Origin: Myxococcota bacterium
GTDB lineage: Bacteria; Myxococcota; JACRCW01
Assembly: GCA_040752415.1 (NCBI GenBank)
Contig: JBFMGU010000014.1
Location: 1-64,000, forward strand
Length of the DNA: 64,000 bases
Direction of reading: 5' to 3'
Each line of letters begins with the position of its first letter. Positions within the stretch are counted from its first letter, which is position 1. A model generated the notes under the pieces. That model was not told where the DNA came from. It did not search any database and saw nothing but the letters and a program-made list of their open reading frames with translations. This document shows positions 56,371 through 64,000 of the stretch, piece by piece. A program made the translations under genes and the position numbers.

Positions 56371-58143
56371 TCAACGGTCAAGCTCCACGCGCAGCTTCAC
56401 CACCTTGCCCGCAATCACCGTGACCGGGACCACCTTCTTGAGTGCCTTGGCCTCGTTCACCAGCGTCAGCTGATGCTCTCCCGCGGGGACCTCCACCGCG
56501 TACACCGGCGTGGAGCCCAGCGTGCGCGTGCCGTCCATGGTGACAATGGCCCATGGGCTCGACGCCACCGTGAGATAGCCGGTCCTGGCCTGCGTGGGTG
56601 CGGCGGGTGCGGGCGAAGCGGCGACGGGAGCGGGTGCGACGGGCGCGGGCGTCGTCGGAGCGGGCCCCTCGTTGCTCCTGGGCTTTCGTGCGTCGCGGCC
56701 ACCGGCTCGGGCCGATGCGACGGGCGCAACCGGCGATGCAGGTACCGCGGCGTCCGGAGCCGCCTCCGCCAGGGTCACCACCGTGGCGGCATCCGCCTCC
56801 GGCAACACCGTGGGATGGCCCGCAGGAGCTGAAGGTGTCGTCGGAGCCACGGCCGCGCTGGGCGGCGTGACGGCGGGTGTCGTCGGAGCCGGAGGATTCT
56901 CGACGGAGGGAGGCGAGACCGTGGCAAGGTAGATGCCCACTCCCGCGGCACACGCGGCGGGCACGCTCACCCAGACCCATGGCCAGCGGCGCGGCGTTCT
57001 CCCCGCGGTCGACGACGTGGTGATGGGCTCGGACGCAGGCGGCGTGGGCGCGGCGGTGTCCGCGGGGGTTGACGGAATGGGCTTCAGGCGCCCGCTCACC
57101 GTGGTGCGCTCTTCCTTCTGGCGACCCGCGCCCGGCGTGGTGGGGGCCTCCGAACCACTCGCGGTGGGGACCAGCGTCTCATCCTCACGACGAGGTCCCT
57201 CACCTCTCCCCGAGCCGTGCAACGCCCGCACGCGCAGGCCCACCAGCTCCTCGACGTAGGTGCCGAGGTTGGGGTTCTGCTCGACGGGCACGTCCCGCAA
57301 CAGCCCATCCAGTGCGTCGGCCAGGTCCCGCGCACTCTGCCAGCGCTCGTCGGGGTCCAGCGCCGTGGCCTTCATCACCACCGCTTCCAGCTCGGCGGGG
57401 TAGTCGGCCGCCACCGTCGAGGGACGCGGTCGCGGCTCCGCGATGAGGCCGAGGATGTCGTAGTCCCCCAGGTCCGGGAACATCCGCTGGCCCACCGTGA
57501 GCTCCCACAACACCACGCCCAGCGCGAACACGTCGGCACGTCCATCCACCGCCATGCGTCGCACCTGCTCGGGCGCCATGTACGCGGGCTTCCCCTTGAA
57601 CATGCCGGTGCGCGTGCGCAGCGAGGCACCGGCCACCTTGGCAATGCCAAAGTCCACCACCTTGGCCACGCCATCCAGGCGGACCATCACGTTCTGCGGG
57701 CTGATGTCGCGGTGCACCACCTGCAGCGCGCGTCCCTGGCTGTCATGCAGCTGGTGCGCGTAGTGCAGCGCCCGCGCCGCCTGCGCCACCACGTCGACAA
57801 AAGGCCAACGGAAGTGACGGTCCAGGTTGCGCGCTTCCTGCATCACGCGCCCCACCGTCTCGCCTTCCACGTACTCCATGGCCATGAACAGGACGCCGTC
57901 CTGCTCACCCAGCTCATAGACCTGCACGATGTTGGGATGATTGAGCAGCGCCGCCACGCGGGCCTCCGCCAGGAACATCTCCCGACGGTCCGCCTGCTCC
58001 ATGACGTCTTCCAGCACGGTCTTGATGATGGCCACGCGCTCAAAACCGTGCAGCCCCACCTGGCGGGCAAGGAAGATCTCCCCCATGCCGCCAACGGCGA
58101 TGCGCTTGATCACCTGGTAGGAACCGAACCGCTCCGTCGACAC
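56371..58143 (-). CDS. Hanks-type Ser/Thr protein kinase with TM and C-terminal PEGA domain
   Basis: [40 protein letters not shown] segment; LTVASSPWA...LGSTP. Confidence 0.93.
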   Translation of the reverse strand: MSTERFGSYQVIKRIAVGGMGEIFLARQVGLHGFERVAIIKTVLEDVMEQADRREMFLAEARVAALLNHPNIVQVYELGEQDGVLFMAMEYVEGETVGRVMQEARNLDRHFRWPFVDVVAQAARALHYAHQLHDSQGRALQVVHRDISPQNVMVRLDGVAKVVDFGIAKVAGASLRTRTGMFKGKPAYMAPEQVRRMAVDGRADVFALGVVLWELTVGQRMFPDLGDYDILGLIAEPRPRPSTVAADYPAELEAVVMKATALDPDERWQSARDLADALDGLLRDVPVEQNPNLGTYVEELVGLRVRALHGSGRGEGPRREDETLVPTASGSEAPTTPGAGRQKEERTTVSGRLKPIPSTPADTAAPTPPASEPITTSSTAGRTPRRWPWVWVSVPAACAAGVGIYLATVSPPSVENPPAPTTPAVTPPSAAVAPTTPSAPAGHPTVLPEADAATVVTLAEAAPDAAVPASPVAPVASARAGGRDARKPRSNEGPAPTTPAPVAPAPVAASPAPAAPTQARTGYLTVASSPWAIVTMDGTRTLGSTPVYAVEVPAGEHQLTLVNEAKALKKVVPVTVIAGKVVKLRVELDR

Positions 58144-58305
58144 GGCGCGACCCTACCCCGCGTCCCGCCGCCAGCGGAAGCCGCGGTCCAACGCGCGTTG
58201 TTGACGTCGCCACGGAAGGCATCCACCCGTTGGGAACGGGACCCTTCACGCCCGAGACGAGGTTCCCGCTGGGCATGTTCTGCGGAGTCGTTACGACCTC
58301 GAGCC

Positions 58306-59652
58306 ATGCGACGCGACCGCTTCTTCCTCATCACGATGTGGATGCTCACCACCTTGTCGCGCGGCCACGCGGAGGATGCGCCGGACAGGGACACCGGGGC
58401 ATCACCTGTCCCCGTGGGCAGGTCGACGGAGCTGGTCTACGACGGGCGGACCACGCGAACCTTCCCTGCTCCGCTGGCAACGGATGCCGACCATCTCAGC
58501 GTCTGGGCCATCAACATGGGATGGAAGGGCGACGTGGACTGCTCCACGTACGTCTCGGACCAGTTCTTCCGACGCCTCACGCAGTACAGCCACGCGCCCG
58601 ACCTGGTGCTGGCCGCGGAAGTCCCCGGCTGCGAGGGCCACTGCTCGCGCACCACCTGCCTCGACGAGGACCGGCGTGCCTCGGGTGAGACGTTCGCGGA
58701 GCTGTTGCAGGCGCACCTTCCGGGCGTGGAGTACGCCTACGTGCACGCCGCGGAGGAGCCGGACGAGCGCGAGCCCTCGTTCAACATGATCGCCTACCGC
58801 GTGGACCGCTTCAGCTACACGGAAGACGACGTGCTGACGTGGCGTGAGGCGGTGGGCGGGGACTGCAGTGATTCCCACGACGGGGAATGGCAGCTCACCG
58901 TGCGCTTCCGGGACGAGCTGCAGGGACGACACGTGGTGGTGTCTTCGGTGCACTTCGACCATCTCTATGCCTGCGCCGCGGAGAACATGGAGCGGATGAT
59001 GGAGGAGGTGGATGAGCGGTGGAGCCCCGCGGAGGGCCACGACCGCACGCTCATCGTGGTGGGCGGGGACTTCAACCAGAAGCCCGACGAGGACTCGAGC
59101 TATCCGCGCCAGCGGCGGGAGAAGCGGCCGGACGCCTGGTACCGGGAGGTCAGCGCCGCGCACGAAGGAGAGCTCCAGTTCCACGACGCCGTCTGGCTGC
59201 ACCACTTCGACGAGGAAGCCGAGTCGGACAATCCCATCTGTGCTCATTGGACCCGCTACAACACCGTGCGCCACCGGGAATCCGAAGTGGACCAGTGCTC
59301 CTATGACTGCGACGACGACGCCGAGGAGTCCTGTGAGGCGCACCTGCGGATTGACTACCTCTGGGTCCGCTGGGAGACGCCGGAGGGAGAGGTGATCACC
59401 GTCGAGAACACGCCGGAGTTCGACCCGCGGAGCTGGGTGGAGGCGGCGCGCGCGGACCAGGGCTATTTCGTCGACATGGAAGCGTCGGAGACCACCGGCC
59501 TCTACTCCGACCACCGCGCCGTGCACGCCATCCTGCGCTGGCCATCCAGCATGCCGTTCCAGTTGCCGCGTTGCTGTGTCGACGGGGAATGGCGGAATGC
59601 ACGGCCCCGTGCGGCGGAGCTCCGCATCCCTTCCGTCAGGACGTCGCCGTGA
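58306..59652 (+). CDS. Secreted endonuclease/exonuclease/phosphatase (EEP) family protein
   Basis: Signal peptide; WAIN, PDLVLAAEV, SVHF, VGGDFN, RIDYLW, YSDHRAV. Confidence 0.8.
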   Translation: MRRDRFFLITMWMLTTLSRGHAEDAPDRDTGASPVPVGRSTELVYDGRTTRTFPAPLATDADHLSVWAINMGWKGDVDCSTYVSDQFFRRLTQYSHAPDLVLAAEVPGCEGHCSRTTCLDEDRRASGETFAELLQAHLPGVEYAYVHAAEEPDEREPSFNMIAYRVDRFSYTEDDVLTWREAVGGDCSDSHDGEWQLTVRFRDELQGRHVVVSSVHFDHLYACAAENMERMMEEVDERWSPAEGHDRTLIVVGGDFNQKPDEDSSYPRQRREKRPDAWYREVSAAHEGELQFHDAVWLHHFDEEAESDNPICAHWTRYNTVRHRESEVDQCSYDCDDDAEESCEAHLRIDYLWVRWETPEGEVITVENTPEFDPRSWVEAARADQGYFVDMEASETTGLYSDHRAVHAILRWPSSMPFQLPRCCVDGEWRNARPRAAELRIPSVRTSP

Positions 59653-59939
59653 TGATCAACTCCCTGCCCACCCGTTTGCTGGTGGTGCGACGAAGTGTCC
59701 GTTAATACCGCGAAGGGTCCCACCAGCATCTGCACCTGTCATTCCGCAGCCCGACCCATGAGGCACCGGGAAGGAGCGCTGGCACCACGGGCCCATACCG
59801 ACGCTGCCGTGGCGGCTTGAGCCCCGCGCCGGGTGCACGGTCACCCGGGAAGCGCGTCACCTCATCATCATCCGTGTCCTGGGCACTACGCCGCGGTCGC
59901 CACCGGGGCAGCGCCAGGAAGTGTTTCCGGAGGACCCGC

Positions 59940-62900
59940 ATGTTCCCCACCCCGGTTGCGCACCGAGGCGTCTCCACCGTCACGCTGAAGCGGTGCACCC
60001 GCTGGTCTGGCGCCGCGCTGCTGGCCGCGCTGTGCACGTTCATCCCCGCCGCGCTCCACGCCGAGGAGGATGAGGAAGAGGAGCCCACGCAGCCGGTGGG
60101 TCCCCTGCCCACGCTGGATCCGCCCGGCTTCAGCGTGACGCGCGGCTTCTTCTCCTCGGCCTTCAACGTGACCATCACGTCCGCCAACCCGGGAACCACG
60201 CTGCGCTACACCACCGACGGATCCGCGCCTTCCCACGAGCACGGCACGGTCTACAGCGGGCCCATCCGCATCACGGACACCACGGTGCTGCGCGCCATCG
60301 AGTCCTCCGCGCCGGACGTGTTCTCGCCGGTGGTGACGCACACGTACATCTTCCTTGCCAGCGTCATCCAGCAGCCCAACAACCCGCCCGGCCATCCCGC
60401 CTATTTCGCTCCTAATGACCAGTATGGACCCTATCCCGCGGACTACGAGATGGACCCGGAGGTGGTGAACGACGAGCGTTACCGGGACCTCATGGAGCCG
60501 GGCCTGCTGGCCGTTCCCTCGGTCTCGCTGGTGGCCAACCACGAGGACATCTGGGACCCCGAGAACGGCATCTACGTCAACCCGATGCAGCGCGGCCTGG
60601 AGTGGGAGCGGCCGTTCTCCATCGAGCTCATCTTCCCCGACGGCACGCCCGGCTTCCATGCCAACGCGGGCGGCAAGATCCACGGCAACGGCAGCCGTTA
60701 TCCGCGCGTGCAGCCCAAGCACTCCATCCGCGTGAAGTTCCGCGGCCAATACGGCCTGGACCGGCTCCACTGGGACATCTTCAAGGAGGACGGCTCCAGC
60801 ACCAACTTTGACACGCTGATCGTGCACGCGGGGTCCAACAACACCTGGTCCCACTGGAACGTGAACCAGCGTCCCACGTCGCTGTACATGCGTGACGAGT
60901 TTGCGCGCATCACCCACAACCGCATGGGCCAGGTCAGCGCGCACAGCATGTTCGTGCACATGTACATCAACGGGCTGTACTGGGGCCTGGCCCGCATCAT
61001 CGAGCGGCTCGATAACGACTTCATGTCCGACTACTACGGCGGCCCGGACCTGGAATGGGACGTGATTGGCATGGAGGACGAGATCCTGGAGGCGCGCGAC
61101 GGCGACACGCAGGCCTACGAGGAGATGCTGCGCATTGCCAACGCCGGAGTGGCGGACGAAGCGGGCTATGCGGCGCTCAAGGACTACTGCGACGTCGAGA
61201 ACCTGGCGGACTATGCCATCCTGATGCACTACGTGGAGAACACGGACTGGCCCAAGCGCAACTGGCACGCCGCGCGCCGCAAGAAGCTGGGTGAGACCTT
61301 CAAGTTCTTCCCTTGGGACTCCGAGCTGACCCTCAAGGGCCAGAACCGCAACGTGGTGGTCACGGACCTGGACAACACGCCGCTGCGCATCTGGCACAAG
61401 CTGCGGGAGAACCCGGAGTTCCGCATCCTCCACGCCGACCACGTGTACAAGCACTTCTTCAACAACGGTGTTCTCTCGGAGCCGGTGACCGCGGAGCTGT
61501 TCCAGCAGCTGACCGAAGAGGTGTACGAGGCGGTGGTGCCGGAGTCGGCGCGCTGGGGCGACTATGTCCGCGACGTGTACCGTCGTCCCGCGTGGGAGGT
61601 GGGGGACCAGCAGCCCTACGAGCTGTACACGCGGGAGGACCACTGGACGCCGTACCGCCAGCGCCTGCAGGACATCTACTTCCCGGTGCGAACCAGGAAT
61701 GTGCTCACGCAGTACCGCGAGATCGGGATGTACCCGACCCTGGACGCGCCGGACTTCAGCCAGGAAGGTGGCATGGTGGCGCCGGGGACCATGCTGGCGC
61801 TGGACAACCCCAACGACACCACCGGCGACATCTACTACACGCTGGATGGCTCCGACCCGCGCATGCCTGGCGGCGCGGTGGCGCCCACGGCCATCAACGG
61901 CGACGACGCCGCGGAAGTGATCATCAACGGCCCGCTGCACGTGAAGGCGCGCATCTTCGACGGAAATGAATGGAGCGCCCTGCATGAGGGGGAGTTCTTC
62001 CTGCCGCAGGACTTCTCGCACCTCGTCATCAACGAGATCATGTACAACCCGCCGCCGGTGGGCGCCGCGCCCAGTGAGGACCTGGAGTTCATTGAGCTCA
62101 AGAACAAGGGCGCCACGCCCATCCCGCTGGCGGGCGTGCACTTCACGCGTGGCCTGCACTACCGCTTCCCCGTGGGCGCGGTGATTCCCGCCGGTGGCTT
62201 CCTGGTGCTGGCCTCCCATCCCGCCACGTTCCGCGCGCGCTACGGCTTTGACGCCTCTGCGCGGTTCCGCGGCTCCCTCAACAACGCCGACGAGCTCCTG
62301 CAGCTCCGCGACGGCGCGGGCAACCTCATCGACGAGGTGCACTACGCATCCCGCGGCCAGTGGCCTCGTTCCGCCGACGGCACCGGCCCCTCGCTGGAGC
62401 TGCGGAACGCCACCGTGGACAACGCGGACGCCGCCAACTGGGGCGCCTCGGTCCCGCTGGGCGGAACGCCGGGCGCGGAGAACTCCCTCTACGGCACCCC
62501 CTCCTCCACGTCTTCCTCCTCGAGCGGCGCAGCGTCCTCCTCGTCGTCCGGTTCCTCCTCCGCGGCGGGCTCCGGCTCCTCCAGCAGCTCCGCGGTGGCG
62601 GCGTCTTCTTCCTCCTCGTCGTCTTCCTCCTCGTCGTCTTCCTCCGCGTCGTCGTCTTCCTCCGGCGACGCGGGTCCGGGCACCAGCACGGCCTCCTCCA
62701 GCAGCGGCGCCTCCTCGAGCAGCGCCGCCGTGGTCACCAGCAGCGCCTCCAGCACCGGGGGTGCGTCGTCGAGCTCCAGCAACAGCTCCAGCTCCACCGG
62801 CGGCGGGAGTGACACCTCCTCCGTCACGTCCTCCAGCAGCTCCAGCGCGGGGGGGCCGGCGTCCAGCTCCTCCAGCTCCACCGGCGGGAGCACCAGCAAC

Positions 62901-63101
62901 GCGGTGACCACGTCGTCGTCGAGCGGAACCAGCGGTGGAGCCACGGACTCGGGTGGGCAGAACCCGCCGCTCGGCGCCCCGGTGCCACCCCTGGTGCAGT
63001 GCAACTGCCAGGCGCCCACCTCCATGGCGGATGCCCCGGTGATGCTGGGCTTCGCCATGCTGCTGGGCGGAATGGCCCTGCGACGTCGCCGCAGAAGCTG
63101 A
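59940..63101 (+). CDS. CotH-kinase-family surface protein with Fn3-associated and lamin-tail domains, Ser-rich linker and MYXO-CTERM-like tail
   Basis: RYTTDGSAP, KHSIRV.FR..YG, YINGLYWG, NTDWP..NW, WDSE, ESARWGD, VINEIMYNP..EFIELKN; C-terminal CNC-TM-RRRRRS. Confidence 0.88.
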   Translation: MFPTPVAHRGVSTVTLKRCTRWSGAALLAALCTFIPAALHAEEDEEEEPTQPVGPLPTLDPPGFSVTRGFFSSAFNVTITSANPGTTLRYTTDGSAPSHEHGTVYSGPIRITDTTVLRAIESSAPDVFSPVVTHTYIFLASVIQQPNNPPGHPAYFAPNDQYGPYPADYEMDPEVVNDERYRDLMEPGLLAVPSVSLVANHEDIWDPENGIYVNPMQRGLEWERPFSIELIFPDGTPGFHANAGGKIHGNGSRYPRVQPKHSIRVKFRGQYGLDRLHWDIFKEDGSSTNFDTLIVHAGSNNTWSHWNVNQRPTSLYMRDEFARITHNRMGQVSAHSMFVHMYINGLYWGLARIIERLDNDFMSDYYGGPDLEWDVIGMEDEILEARDGDTQAYEEMLRIANAGVADEAGYAALKDYCDVENLADYAILMHYVENTDWPKRNWHAARRKKLGETFKFFPWDSELTLKGQNRNVVVTDLDNTPLRIWHKLRENPEFRILHADHVYKHFFNNGVLSEPVTAELFQQLTEEVYEAVVPESARWGDYVRDVYRRPAWEVGDQQPYELYTREDHWTPYRQRLQDIYFPVRTRNVLTQYREIGMYPTLDAPDFSQEGGMVAPGTMLALDNPNDTTGDIYYTLDGSDPRMPGGAVAPTAINGDDAAEVIINGPLHVKARIFDGNEWSALHEGEFFLPQDFSHLVINEIMYNPPPVGAAPSEDLEFIELKNKGATPIPLAGVHFTRGLHYRFPVGAVIPAGGFLVLASHPATFRARYGFDASARFRGSLNNADELLQLRDGAGNLIDEVHYASRGQWPRSADGTGPSLELRNATVDNADAANWGASVPLGGTPGAENSLYGTPSSTSSSSSGAASSSSSGSSSAAGSGSSSSSAVAASSSSSSSSSSSSSSASSSSSGDAGPGTSTASSSSGASSSSAAVVTSSASSTGGASSSSSNSSSSTGGGSDTSSVTSSSSSSAGGPASSSSSSTGGSTSNAVTTSSSSGTSGGATDSGGQNPPLGAPVPPLVQCNCQAPTSMADAPVMLGFAMLLGGMALRRRRRS
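62500..62945 (+). repeat. Low-complexity Ser/Gly/Thr-coding tract
   Basis: TCC/TCG/AGC runs encoding poly-Ser. Confidence 0.8.
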
Positions 63102-63120
63102 CGCCGAGGTCGTGAAGCAC

Positions 63121-63158
63121 GAAGACCCCTCCCGGACCGGTGCCGCGGAGGGGTCTTC
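63121..63158. terminator. Stem-loop between convergent genes
   Basis: GAAGACCCCTCC...GGAGGGGTCTTC. Confidence 0.7.
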
Positions 63159-63186
63159 GCCATTCTTATCGGTGCTTCGTCCGGAC

Positions 63187-64000
63187 TCAGCTGCGACGAC
63201 GACGCGGCCACGTGAGCATCGCCGCCGACACCCACGCCAGCTCACCCGCCGGCACATTCGCGCAGCTCGGTCCCGCCCACGCATCCTCCCGCGTCTCCTC
63301 CGCACCGCTGCCGCCCGCCACGGGCTCCGCGCTGGTGATCGACGGGGACTCCGAGCCCAGTCCGCCCGACGTGGATGTGCTGGTGGTGGTGCTGGTCCCG
63401 CCCAGGCTGGTGCTGGTGCCCGTGGTGCTGCTGTCATCCGGCGCGGAGGAGCTGGAGCCAGTCGCTCCGCTCGTCGAGGTCCCGGGCATCGAGGTCGAAC
63501 CGCTTCCCAGTGAAGACGATGACGACGCGGTACCCGTGCCGGAGGTCCCGCTGCTCGAGGCGCCGCCGCCGCTGGTGCTGGAGCCGCCGGTCGCGTCCTC
63601 GCCCACCAGGGCTCCGGTGCCGGTGATCGTGAAGGTGGCATTGGACTCGTCGCTCATGGCCGCGTCGGCGGCGTTGACCACCCGCAGCAGCGCCTGCGTG
63701 GTGCCCACGTTGGGAACGGTCCAGGTGAGCTCACCGGTGTTGGCCACGTTGCTGGCAACGCGCACCCAGGTGGCGCCGTTGTTCGCCGAAGCCTCCACGT
63801 GCACGTTGGGAACCGTGCCCACCGTGACCCAGCGGACCGTCACCTGCTCGCCCGGGGTCAGCGACTCGCGTCCGTCGGGCGAAGCCAGGATGAGGCCGTC
63901 GCCCTTGATGATGTCGAACCCGTCGGTCACCTGGCCATCGTGGCGCACGTTGGTCAGGTGCAGGCGGTTGTCCTGGACGTCAATGATGCAGGAGCCCCAC
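63187..64000 (-). CDS. Surface protein, C-terminal part (Ig-like domain, Ser/Thr linker, MYXO-CTERM-like tail); start outside the window
   Basis: SPDGRE..V.W...NNGATW...WTVP..ALLRV...DESNATFTI; ends PSCA...LTWPRRRRS. Confidence 0.75.
   Translation of the reverse strand, partial: WGSCIIDVQDNRLHLTNVRHDGQVTDGFDIIKGDGLILASPDGRESLTPGEQVTVRWVTVGTVPNVHVEASANNGATWVRVASNVANTGELTWTVPNVGTTQALLRVVNAADAAMSDESNATFTITGTGALVGEDATGGSSTSGGGASSSGTSGTGTASSSSSLGSGSTSMPGTSTSGATGSSSSAPDDSSTTGTSTSLGGTSTTTSTSTSGGLGSESPSITSAEPVAGGSGAEETREDAWAGPSCANVPAGELAWVSAAMLTWPRRRRS

Noticed and set aside
57217..58305. N-terminal extension of the 811-aa ORF
   Set aside because: Overlaps the kinase antisense; the real gene starts at 58306 with a signal peptide
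59886..63641. 1251-aa minus-strand ORF
   Set aside because: Antisense shadow of the CotH gene; Arg/Gly/Ala-rich with no domain signal

Overview
The window has two parts. The genes (ECF42-type sigma factors, MYXO-CTERM-like tails, Cys-rich lipoproteins, Ser/Thr kinase, Mx8-type integrase) suggest a Myxococcota or related deltaproteobacterial genome. (1) 1-27545 is the right-hand part of an integrated element that ends at a 24-bp 3' fragment of a tRNA, probably tRNA-Asp. Its left ~18 kb is a dense defence cluster: ATPase, HerA-like ATPase and an unknown protein; an HNH nuclease with a putative reader domain; an HTH-bearing 5mC methyltransferase divergent from vsr; an unusual DUF1232/DrmE-like/sigma-70 fusion; and an operon of UvrD-like helicase, drmA, drmB and drmC (DISARM-like). 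After that come an XRE regulator, a phage/ICE-type operon (unknown protein, MoxR AAA, VWA, small peptide, Rad52/Sak-like annealase, Cas4/RecB-like exonuclease) and a Zn-phospholipase C/P1-like cargo gene. (2) Directly after the tRNA fragment lies the remnant of a second element: a 5'-truncated tyrosine integrase whose frame runs through the att core, plus abiEi and a truncated abiEii. From ~29.9 kb the DNA looks like ordinary high-GC chromosome: two ECF42-like sigma/YciI pairs with matching promoters, surface lipoproteins, a TipA-like MerR operon, a ~340-bp intergenic inverted repeat, a uronate/alginate-type catabolic operon, LysR, a Ser/Thr kinase, an EEP protein and a CotH protein. All family assignments come from motif recognition by eye. 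No database searches were run.
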